64,000 bases of DNA, from the NCBI GenBank assembly GCA_002245135.1, contig NGBS01000318.1:1-64000 (forward strand), written 5' to 3'. This document shows, one piece after another, positions 11,594 to 20,343 of the stretch. The notes under the pieces were generated by a model that worked only from the letters and a program-made list of their open reading frames with translations, was not told the DNA's origin and ran no database searches. Both the position numbers and the translations under genes were made by a program. The DNA is from Proteromonas lacertae (lineage: Eukaryota). Every line of letters begins with the position of its first letter. The stretch's first letter is position 1.

Positions 11594-12562
11594 ATGTTAG
11601 TCTCTAATCATCGTGTATATTACTTAAATTCCGATATGGTAATGACTACAGGGACATTTGGAGTAGGGAATAGATACAAAAAGACCTTAGCTTTACCAAC
11701 ATTTGATCAAGATTATACTCATGTGTCATTATTACATGCAGTTGTCCCAAATTCTTTCCCTACTATACAAGCAGAGACAAACGATACGTTACAGTTCTTA
11801 TTTACTGTAGGTTACTATGATAATCTTTGGCCATTACCAACTTCTCCTACAGTAAGTGTTAAAGTTACCATTCCAGAAGGTTTTTATGATGAGAATCAGA
11901 TTTTAAAGTTATTCAATGATAAAATAAGAGAAATTAAATTTACAGATTTTGGAATAGAAACAAATGATGTAGTTCGTCCTTTTGATAAGATTGATGTACC
12001 TATAATAGAAGAAAAAGGAGATTTATTTGGAATAGATAACAATGGTAATAATCGAACAAATCATATAAAAGTAGCAAGTAATATGAATGTTATATATACT
12101 GATGGAAGTCCTTGGTTTTGGATAAAGAAGATTGAAATTATAACAAGTGACTTGAGTTACAAGTTATTAGGTATTCCTAAGAGTAATTATTGGTTATGTT
12201 TTGATAATTATGAACCGCCATATAATGGACATGGATCTGGAGCATATGTATTAATTCCAACACCATTTCCATTTGATCAATTACCATATCGTCCATCACT
12301 TATATGGGTTAATTCAATATCCATTCGTTTAGATATTGTAAACATCATTCAAGATTCAAATGTATTAGAAAATATACCAATAGCAAACCCTGAGTTACCA
12401 TTCATTACATATCAGAATAATGACATACTTAATACTAGCAAAATGTTTAATAATACTTATACCAATGGTCAAATTGCTATTCAGATTACTCAACAAAATG
12501 GTTATGAACTAAATCTTGATAATATCGAGTTTAATTTAGATATTGTTGTCTTTAAAGTCTAA
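11594..12562 (+). CDS. Minor capsid protein (penton, single jelly-roll) candidate
   Basis: YYLNS near the N-terminus, VSLLHAVVPNSF, VTIPEGFY and C-terminal IAIQITQQNGYELNLDNIEFNLDI are typical of Polinton/virophage pentons. It lies directly upstream of the major capsid gene. Confidence 0.8.
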   Translation: MLVSNHRVYYLNSDMVMTTGTFGVGNRYKKTLALPTFDQDYTHVSLLHAVVPNSFPTIQAETNDTLQFLFTVGYYDNLWPLPTSPTVSVKVTIPEGFYDENQILKLFNDKIREIKFTDFGIETNDVVRPFDKIDVPIIEEKGDLFGIDNNGNNRTNHIKVASNMNVIYTDGSPWFWIKKIEIITSDLSYKLLGIPKSNYWLCFDNYEPPYNGHGSGAYVLIPTPFPFDQLPYRPSLIWVNSISIRLDIVNIIQDSNVLENIPIANPELPFITYQNNDILNTSKMFNNTYTNGQIAIQITQQNGYELNLDNIEFNLDIVVFKV

Positions 12563-12592
12563 TTTTTATTTTATTTTTATTCTGTGTTTCTG

Positions 12593-14041
12593 ATGTCTCT
12601 AACTATTCCAAAAGAGCAAAAACACGGTGTAGACGTTCCAGCGATGATGGCCTTTTACCAGTATGTCAAGTTGACACCGATGGAAACTAAATCATTCTAT
12701 CAACTTAAAGATAACACTTATTCAGATGAGATAAGGTTCGAATTAAGTGGTGAGAACATTATAAACCTTGCAAAGTCTTACATTCAATATGATATCGAAA
12801 TTGAAACTACTCCAATTAATAAAGCAGAGGCATTTTCAAAAAATGCTGCTAAAATAGCAGGTGATGCTGATTTGTATCCAAAGTATATAAAAGGAATGAA
12901 AGAAGGATTTGGAATTGCAGCATTTCGTTTATGTAATACTACAGGAACAGATCTAGTCAAGCTTGATGATAATTATGAACACTATAGAGTGTTTATGGAT
13001 GAATTAGTGAGAAAAAGATCAGACATTTTCTATCAATCAAACTATTATGATGGAATTCAATTGAAATGGAATGATGAATATCATGATCATTTAATTCAAG
13101 ATGAGAATGAATGGAATATGGATAAAGATGAAAATACACGAGTTACACCTGCTGGATCAGGTGATAGATATCAACAGTATAAAAAGTCAAAAACAATTCA
13201 TGTAAAGATGTTTTTAGGTAAGTTTTACAATACATTTTTATCAATGAAAAGTGATGTATTTTTTGGTGAAAGAATGTATTTGTGTTTCAATTTCCAACAA
13301 AGTCCTAAATTTGGACAAATTATGGGTTTTAATAATGATAAAGGTAATGAAACAGAAGTAAACTGGCCTGCAGATGGAATAAGACCAGAATCAATCAAGT
13401 TCAAGAATTTTTATTTCTATGCTTATTTGAATAAGGATACTCAATGTAATAACAATACAAGAAGTTATTGTTTATCTAAACCAATACAGTTTAATGATGT
13501 AAAGTGTCATACATTAACAGTAAATCAAGGTGGATCTGGACAATTCAACTATTCCTTTACATTAAATAGTTCAAATGGACCATTCTTACGTTATATTATC
13601 TATAGACCATGGATAGAAGGAAAACAAACAGGAGCAATAAGTAAGGAAGTAGCTGAAAACAGATATGCAATTATTCCTGAAAATGCACAATTCAGATGGA
13701 TGATTAATGATTTCGTGTATCAACCAGACTATTCATTAATGCAGTATTATGATAGTTACATGACTGTACAAGACTATTTCAAAGATTCATGGTTTGATAT
13801 ATTCAAAAAACATATTCCTTTTGAAAAGAAATTCTTTGAAATTTTGAATTTTGGATCAAAAGATTTAGATAATATCAAGAATCAGTCTGGCAGACCTTTA
13901 GCTAGTGACTTAAAAATCACTTTTGAGTTGTCTACACCAGGTACAAATGATTTCACTAACTACAACATAACTCATCGTTTCTACATTGTTACAGGAAGAA
14001 TGTGTACAATCAATGGAAGTGGAATTGTAAGTGTTATTTAA
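12593..14041 (+). CDS. Major capsid protein (double jelly-roll) candidate
   Basis: 482 aa and beta-rich. N-terminal EIRFELSGENIINLAKSYIQYDIEI resembles Polinton/PLV major capsid proteins. It sits between the penton and the ATPase. Confidence 0.78.
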   Translation: MSLTIPKEQKHGVDVPAMMAFYQYVKLTPMETKSFYQLKDNTYSDEIRFELSGENIINLAKSYIQYDIEIETTPINKAEAFSKNAAKIAGDADLYPKYIKGMKEGFGIAAFRLCNTTGTDLVKLDDNYEHYRVFMDELVRKRSDIFYQSNYYDGIQLKWNDEYHDHLIQDENEWNMDKDENTRVTPAGSGDRYQQYKKSKTIHVKMFLGKFYNTFLSMKSDVFFGERMYLCFNFQQSPKFGQIMGFNNDKGNETEVNWPADGIRPESIKFKNFYFYAYLNKDTQCNNNTRSYCLSKPIQFNDVKCHTLTVNQGGSGQFNYSFTLNSSNGPFLRYIIYRPWIEGKQTGAISKEVAENRYAIIPENAQFRWMINDFVYQPDYSLMQYYDSYMTVQDYFKDSWFDIFKKHIPFEKKFFEILNFGSKDLDNIKNQSGRPLASDLKITFELSTPGTNDFTNYNITHRFYIVTGRMCTINGSGIVSVI

Positions 14042-14105
14042 ACTAACTAACTAATAACTAACATAATAACTATATTTCTTATAATTGTTTTTGTTTTTTA
14101 TTTAA

Positions 14106-14954
14106 ATGAGTAAAATAAAACTAGAGAAATGTAATGACGTTGTTATAACACCAGTAGAATCAGTAGTCAAAGGTACTAAAAAGAGATCGAGAGATAATGT
14201 TCTAGGTTATGATTATTTTGAAGAGCCTTTTTGTAACATATTTATACTAGCTAAGAAGAACAGTGGAAAGACAACACTTATATTTAATATGATACAACAC
14301 TTGTTGAAGAAGAATTATGATCAAACAGTATATTTCTTTGTAGGAACAATTTCAAAGGATATTATTTATGAAAAGATCACTGATATGTTAAAGTACAATT
14401 TAATAGAATACCATTGTTACGATTCAATAGTAAATGAAGATAGAGTGAATGTATTAGAAGCAGTACTAGAAAACATTAAAGAAGTAGATAAAGAAAACTA
14501 TAATTACCCAGAGAACATATTCATATTCGATGATATATCATTCGATTTATCAAATAAGACCGTTTCAAAACTACTCAAATCAAACCGTCATTACAAGTCA
14601 AAAGTAATAATATCAAGTCAATATGTTACAGATTTAACACCATCCGTTCGTCTACAATTAGATTACTGTTTAGTATTTAGAAATCTAAGTTTAGCTAATC
14701 TACACAGTGTTCATAACAGTTTAGATTTGTGGGTAGATTTCAGTAAGTTTAGAGAATATTACAAGTATGCAACCAACTACAGTAATCATTCATTCCTCTA
14801 CATTGATATGTGCAATCATGAATTTCGTGTAAACTTCAATATGAAAATTAAAAATGATAATAACGGATATAAAAGTGATAATGATGATAATACCAGCATT
14901 AGTTCCTCCTCTTCTTCCTCTGATTCGTCCGATACTGATGATGATTCAGAATAA
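14106..14954 (+). CDS. A32-like (FtsK/HerA) genome-packaging ATPase
   Basis: Walker A AKKNSGKTT, Walker B IFIFDD, and the RHY and SSQY motifs of the A32 family. Confidence 0.92.
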   Translation: MSKIKLEKCNDVVITPVESVVKGTKKRSRDNVLGYDYFEEPFCNIFILAKKNSGKTTLIFNMIQHLLKKNYDQTVYFFVGTISKDIIYEKITDMLKYNLIEYHCYDSIVNEDRVNVLEAVLENIKEVDKENYNYPENIFIFDDISFDLSNKTVSKLLKSNRHYKSKVIISSQYVTDLTPSVRLQLDYCLVFRNLSLANLHSVHNSLDLWVDFSKFREYYKYATNYSNHSFLYIDMCNHEFRVNFNMKIKNDNNGYKSDNDDNTSISSSSSSSDSSDTDDDSE

Positions 14955-15003
14955 TCCCCATAATGCTAGTAACTTAATTTTTATCATTCTTTTATTATAT
15001 TTT

Positions 15004-15870
15004 ATGTTTGGAGGTCCCTTAAAAAAACAAGCTGTTTCAATAGACACAGGTGCTATATCTAAGTCTATTACAACAATAACAAACAATTTAGGTAAAAAAA
15101 CTGATGATGATAAGACAATTAGAGAAATGTTGAAAGATATTGATGTAACAACTAACAATAATGCAGAGTCAGTTAAGAGTGTTGTTGATGTTATTGGTAA
15201 AACGAAATTAGAGTCATATGAAGATAGCATGTATGATTTATTAAGAAATATCGATGAAAAAATATCAAACGATCCAACAGCTAGCGCAATAAGTGATATA
15301 TCAACATATTTAGGTGATCCATTTACTATCAATGACTCTGTATGGAATTTTACACAGAAATTGTATAATGCATACAAAGGAGATGAAAATAATAGACTGT
15401 TAAAGAGAGTAGATGATAGATTATATATGTATTTAAATGCTGAAATTACTTCATTAACAAAATATATATATGCAAGATTTGAAGCATATCAAGATTACTT
15501 AAAAATAGATATATTAAATTATTATAAGATGAATACTAAATATGTTACTCCTGCGTTTTCAATTTCAACAAATGCAGAGAATCCTGTAATGGCAACTTTT
15601 ATTCAAAAGTTATTTGATAAATTAGATATTAGTTATGAACCAGATCCAGATAAAGACAATCAAGCATTTAGTGTTGATTTAGTATTTCAAACTAATAGTG
15701 GTAAGATTCAAACATTAGAAGTATTTCAATATCCTGGTTATACAGATTCGATTATTTTAGCACATAAAGGTGATATTCCAGCAGATTTTGAAACTAATTG
15801 TATGTTAGTGCCTCAATCAATACTACTACCCTTTAAAGATAAAATAACTGAATATGATGTAACGTATTAA
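15004..15870 (+). CDS. Viral hypothetical protein (helical N-half, possible spike or fibre)
   Basis: ATG at 15004 (MFGGPLKK). Repeated helical units with a C-terminal globular part. The function is a guess from position. Confidence 0.6.
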   Translation: MFGGPLKKQAVSIDTGAISKSITTITNNLGKKTDDDKTIREMLKDIDVTTNNNAESVKSVVDVIGKTKLESYEDSMYDLLRNIDEKISNDPTASAISDISTYLGDPFTINDSVWNFTQKLYNAYKGDENNRLLKRVDDRLYMYLNAEITSLTKYIYARFEAYQDYLKIDILNYYKMNTKYVTPAFSISTNAENPVMATFIQKLFDKLDISYEPDPDKDNQAFSVDLVFQTNSGKIQTLEVFQYPGYTDSIILAHKGDIPADFETNCMLVPQSILLPFKDKITEYDVTY

Positions 15871-15904
15871 TAATAATATAATCTTCTTTTTTCATTTTTG
15901 TTGT

Positions 15905-16585
15905 TTACTTGGGTGGTTGTTGTTGAGTTGCTACTTGTGAACTTGAAACAAATGAATTATAACCAGTGCTATTGTTATTGTATGGTACTGTTGGTGTTTG
16001 AAATGCTAATGCGACAGATTGATTAACTACTGGTTGTTGTTGTTGTAGTTGTTGTACATCTGGTATTGCTGTTGTTGGAATAGGGATATTCTTGATAAGA
16101 ACAAATGTTGAATAAATTTCAAATTTTGGTAAAACAGTATAATGTGGTGAATTGTTCTCCATTGAAGTTAAAACCATACACTGTCTAATTCTTACTACGA
16201 ATTCGTTCCATTGAAGCAAGAATGGTTGAGGATCTGAAATGATATTCTTCCATGCTGTACACTTCAACATATTATTATCATTATCCTCAGGCATAACCAC
16301 ATTTAAACCAAACTGTTGATAAGAATTCTTAAAATTAGGATCTTGTGTAAATCTTACAGCAGATTCAACACATACTTTCTTTATCGGTTCTTTAACTTGA
16401 GTATTGAAGTCAGTGAACTCTTGATTGTTGAATAACAAGTATCTAGCTGGAGTGAAAGTGAGATAGTTGGCTTTTTTTGTATCTGCCTCAATTGCTCTCA
16501 ACATGAAGCCTCTAAATTTAACATACATATACTCTGATGGATAGAAACTAATGTAATTGACACCTTTGTCGATTTTTGATGACAT
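15905..16585 (-). CDS. Viral hypothetical protein, possibly PC4-like ssDNA-binding
   Basis: 226-aa ORF. YVKFRGF...KKANYLTFTPARY loosely resembles PC4. The tail is Q-rich. Confidence 0.55.
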   Translation of the reverse strand: MSSKIDKGVNYISFYPSEYMYVKFRGFMLRAIEADTKKANYLTFTPARYLLFNNQEFTDFNTQVKEPIKKVCVESAVRFTQDPNFKNSYQQFGLNVVMPEDNDNNMLKCTAWKNIISDPQPFLLQWNEFVVRIRQCMVLTSMENNSPHYTVLPKFEIYSTFVLIKNIPIPTTAIPDVQQLQQQQPVVNQSVALAFQTPTVPYNNNSTGYNSFVSSSQVATQQQPPK

Positions 16586-16735
16586 GATTATAGGATTTTT
16601 TGAATATCCAATAAAATGATAGAATTAGGATTTTATATCCGTTTCATGCATTTTTTGATTTGAAGCTTGAAGCGCGAAATTGTTAATTAGCGGTTTTTTA
16701 GATTAATATTTTCATACCCCCATTCTTCAACATAA

Positions 16736-17161
16736 ATGGAATCAGATAGTATTTTTGTAATAGAACAGAGAGCTAAAAAACCTGTATATTTATTTATTAA
16801 AGAAATCAATGTTCTCAAAGCTTTTATTGGAACTATCTTAGGGTTAATTCAAACTGCAGCTCAAAACTATATCATTTGTAAGAATGAGGACATTACCAAA
16901 TTCAACAGTGTAGCTCAATTATTGATAGGACATATGAATAAGTATGCTTATAAGAATAGAAAACCAGTTCCAGAAACAATAGTAGAAGAAGCTCAGAATC
17001 TATTCGATTGGTTTGTAAAATTGCTTAAACAGTATGCAATTAACGCAGAGATGCCTCCTCCTAAGTATCATATCAACGAGTATGGATCAGTTATAAAAGT
17101 GTTGTTAGATGAATTAGATCTTTACACAAAAAACAAAGATAAGATAAGAGAAACCAAATAA
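16736..17161 (+). CDS. Viral hypothetical protein
   Basis: 141-aa ATG-initiated ORF in a tightly packed layout. Confidence 0.7.
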   Translation: MESDSIFVIEQRAKKPVYLFIKEINVLKAFIGTILGLIQTAAQNYIICKNEDITKFNSVAQLLIGHMNKYAYKNRKPVPETIVEEAQNLFDWFVKLLKQYAINAEMPPPKYHINEYGSVIKVLLDELDLYTKNKDKIRETK

Positions 17162-17165
17162 TTAA

Positions 17166-17720
17166 TTAAAAATCATTCACATATACTATATTTACTAATG
17201 AACTATAGAAATTGAAACATGTTTTTTCAAATTGGGTAAATAAGTATACTTTAAAATAAAGTTTCTGATTGGCTTCCAAGTGCCAATTATCTCTAAAGAA
17301 CTGATTGTACATAATTAATAGTCTTCTTATTGCACCTACTATTGTACTATAAGGAACTGATTGATTTTCTGTAAGATCTATTATTAAATCTATTTCATTA
17401 CATAATGAATCTACTTGATTTGCTGTTAAACTATTCAACGTTCTAAGACTTGGTTTGAATTTCGATAAAGATAACTTAAATAACTCTAAAGTATATTGTA
17501 TTTCTTCAATGGTAGCAATTACTCTAGGACCTTCAATACCTATTGGTAATCTATTCTCTGCATGACTTTCTAAAACATCTATAGGATCTTCATTTGAAGG
17601 AGGAGGTCTTTTATTCTCAGGATCATCTCTAATTATAAGTATTGGTGATTTAGGTTGAGGTGGAGGTGGTGGAGGTAAAGGTAATGGTATAGATTCTGTT
17701 TTTATGGGTATATTATTCAT
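17166..17720 (-). CDS. Viral hypothetical protein, Pro-rich N-terminus
   Basis: ORF convergent with 16736-17161. Confidence 0.7.
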   Translation of the reverse strand: MNNIPIKTESIPLPLPPPPPPQPKSPILIIRDDPENKRPPPSNEDPIDVLESHAENRLPIGIEGPRVIATIEEIQYTLELFKLSLSKFKPSLRTLNSLTANQVDSLCNEIDLIIDLTENQSVPYSTIVGAIRRLLIMYNQFFRDNWHLEANQKLYFKVYLFTQFEKTCFNFYSSLVNIVYVNDF

Positions 17721-17754
17721 AAACAATAAGTAAAAATAAAAAAGAAATAATTAA

Positions 17755-18288
17755 TTAATTAGTTGAAAAATCACTTAACACTTCTTCCTCTTGATTATCA
17801 AAGGGATTGCTTCCGTTGGTTTGTTTGTTTGGCTTGATTAAATGCTTTCTTTTTTTAGGATTTAAACTGTCTAATGAATCTGATATAGCAGTCATAATCT
17901 TTCTTTTAGTTGTACATATCTCTGAGCTAGCATTTTGATTCAAAATGTCTTCTAAGTCTTCGTCATTTTCCCAATCACTTAAATCTGTTTCATCTTCTTC
18001 CATATTGTAATCTTCATCATCATCATCTTCACTATCTACAACAAAACCTTTCAAGTTTCCTTCACTATCAGCATCGGATGCATTAGCATCATCTTCTTCT
18101 TCATCCTCACTATCTGTACACTCTGCTTCTCCATATAAATAATTGTAGACGTCTTCTATCTCTCTCTTTCTCTTTTTAGCACATCTTTCTTTGTCATCTC
18201 GTTTCTGCTCCTCTTTTTGCTCCTTCTCAGCATCGCTAATATCATCGTCTATAATCTGAAGAATATGAATTGTTTTTGAGTTGCTCAT
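17755..18288 (-). CDS. Viral acidic disordered protein with NLS-like motifs
   Basis: D/E tracts plus KKRKR and PKKRK. Confidence 0.7.
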   Translation of the reverse strand: MSNSKTIHILQIIDDDISDAEKEQKEEQKRDDKERCAKKRKREIEDVYNYLYGEAECTDSEDEEEDDANASDADSEGNLKGFVVDSEDDDDEDYNMEEDETDLSDWENDEDLEDILNQNASSEICTTKRKIMTAISDSLDSLNPKKRKHLIKPNKQTNGSNPFDNQEEEVLSDFSTN

Positions 18289-18339
18289 AACACAAAACAA
18301 AAATTAAAATAATAAAACGAATATATTTTTAATATTATA

Positions 18340-18702
18340 TTACATAAGTCCAATAACACGATTTTGGTTATTTATAATATTATTATTTGCTTGAGGTGGT
18401 GGTGGTGGTTGTTGCTGAACTGCTTGAGGTTGTTGAACTGGTTGTGCTGGTGGTTGACTTGCTACTTGCTTAACTATTCTAACTAACTCATTGATTGCTT
18501 CTTGAAATGAATAACCATTGATACTATTTAACATAGTTTTCACTTCAGGCGGTAACTTGTTCAATGTAGAATACAATTCTTGATCTACTTGTCTCTCTTG
18601 TTCTGTTTGAGAAGGTTGTTGCTTATATACAGGATGTTGAGCATCTAACTGTGTAGTTATACCACCTGAAAAAGTTCTTGGAGGAATTGGACCGTCTGAC
18701 AT
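18340..18702 (-). CDS. Viral Q/P-rich hypothetical protein
   Basis: ORF from MSDGPIPP. Confidence 0.65.
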   Translation of the reverse strand: MSDGPIPPRTFSGGITTQLDAQHPVYKQQPSQTEQERQVDQELYSTLNKLPPEVKTMLNSINGYSFQEAINELVRIVKQVASQPPAQPVQQPQAVQQQPPPPPQANNNIINNQNRVIGLM

Positions 18703-18762
18703 AATTATTATGGTCAATGTAATGTCAATAATGTCAATATAGTAATTATTTGTAATATTATT

Positions 18763-19233
18763 ATGGCTAAGAAAAGTAAGAAGAAATATCGCAAGTGTGT
18801 TGTAGGAAAAGGTTTCTGGGGAGATTTAAATAAAGGACTGAAAGATACTAAAGTAATATCATCAGGTTTAAGTATGATTCCAGGATGGGCTGGTAAACTT
18901 ACTTCAGGAGTTGCTAAGTTATTAGGTTATGGTCGTAGAAGGCATAGAAAGAGTAGAAAAGGTGGTTCTTCAAAATGGTCAGAACTAATTAAGAAATATG
19001 GCAAATCAGGCAATAAGTTATTAAGCATAAAAGCTGTTGGTGGACCTGATTCATACTTTAAGAAAACAACTCAAGGTAGTGGACTTTCAATAGCTACAAA
19101 ACATTGGATTAAAGGACCTGGTGGAATTTATAAAGGAAAGACAGGTTCAGGAAGACGTCGTCATAGAAAAAGTAGTCGTAGTGGTAATAATGCTCTTAAT
19201 CGTTATCCTGATAATAAGATAAGAGTAGTTTAA
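18763..19233 (+). CDS. Basic virion core protein precursor with adenain-type GxG/GG sites
   Basis: VVGKG-FW, LLGYG-RRRHRK, RKGG, QGSG and TGSG-RRRHRK; K/R-rich overall. Confidence 0.72.
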   Translation: MAKKSKKKYRKCVVGKGFWGDLNKGLKDTKVISSGLSMIPGWAGKLTSGVAKLLGYGRRRHRKSRKGGSSKWSELIKKYGKSGNKLLSIKAVGGPDSYFKKTTQGSGLSIATKHWIKGPGGIYKGKTGSGRRRHRKSSRSGNNALNRYPDNKIRVV

Positions 19234-19291
19234 GTACTTTAATTTTTTATTTTTATTCTCTGTTTTTTATTGGTTTTAATATATTAACATA

Positions 19292-19606
19292 ATGGTTTTA
19301 GGTGGTAGAAGACATAGAAGACATCGAAGAAGACATCAAGGTGGTTCTTGGAAATCAGTGTGGGGTAAGATCAAAAATGGTGCAACTAAAGCCTTTCATT
19401 GGGCTAAAGATCATAAGATAGCATCAAAGATCGCAAAAGAGTTTGGTAAAGATGGTCTAGCAGATGGATTAGAAAAGATAGGATTTGGTAGACGTAGAAG
19501 AAGACATGGAAGAAGAGGTGGAGCTAGAATGCCATTCAATGGAGGTGGTAGCAATCAACAAGCTTTACTTAATGCATACTTGAAAACAAAAGTTGCACGT
19601 ATGTAA
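19292..19606 (+). CDS. Arg-rich core protein with an adenovirus pVI-like amphipathic helix
   Basis: VLGG-RRHRRHRRRHQGG-SWKSVWGKIKNG, IGFG-RRRRR and RRGG. Confidence 0.72.
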   Translation: MVLGGRRHRRHRRRHQGGSWKSVWGKIKNGATKAFHWAKDHKIASKIAKEFGKDGLADGLEKIGFGRRRRRHGRRGGARMPFNGGGSNQQALLNAYLKTKVARM

Positions 19607-19695
19607 TTTACATTTATTAATGACATAATTACATAATATTATTATTATTATTAATATTTGTTTTTGGCGGGCTTTTAAAATTTACATATAAATAA

Positions 19696-20298
19696 ATGAG
19701 TGAATCAGAATCTGATGATTATTCTAGTGATACAAGTTCAGTCACATCAACTGAGAGTGAATTAGAAGACAAACTTCCTGAAATGAAATCAACTTCAAGA
19801 ATCGATCCTAGTGAACCAAGTGAAGAAATGATTAAACAGTTCTTAATGAAGAGTTCACCAAAGAAAGTATATAAGATGCTCACAAGTGAAGATGACGATG
19901 ATGTTAGTGAAGATAGAAAACATGGTAAACATAAGAGTAAGAGACATCGTTCAAGATCACCTATAAAGAGAAGATCAAAGAAAGATAAAGATGCTTTAGA
20001 AGCTCCAGTAAAAGGTAAAGGTAAACGTAGATCTAAAGATAGTGATTCTTTACCACCACCAAGTAGAATGACTAAAGCAGAATTACAAATTGCATTGAAA
20101 GAAGAAAGAGATAAGAATTCTAAACTAATGAAGAAATTAGAGAAAGGATCTAATCCAACAAAGAAAGAACGTAAGCCAAAAGATGTTAAAGAGGATAATA
20201 AGAAAGAAGAAGAGATAGAAGATGAAAAACCTTTAGGTAATGATATTATGGGAAGACCAATACAAGGCGAACCTATCGAGCCTATTTATGTTAAGTAA
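19696..20298 (+). CDS. Viral S/D/K/R-rich low-complexity protein
   Basis: 200-aa ORF with an acidic N-terminus, RSRSP and a short coiled coil. Confidence 0.7.
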   Translation: MSESESDDYSSDTSSVTSTESELEDKLPEMKSTSRIDPSEPSEEMIKQFLMKSSPKKVYKMLTSEDDDDVSEDRKHGKHKSKRHRSRSPIKRRSKKDKDALEAPVKGKGKRRSKDSDSLPPPSRMTKAELQIALKEERDKNSKLMKKLEKGSNPTKKERKPKDVKEDNKKEEEIEDEKPLGNDIMGRPIQGEPIEPIYVK

Positions 20299-20343
20299 TA
20301 ATTATCATAATAACTATACTATTCATATTTTGTTTGTTTAATC

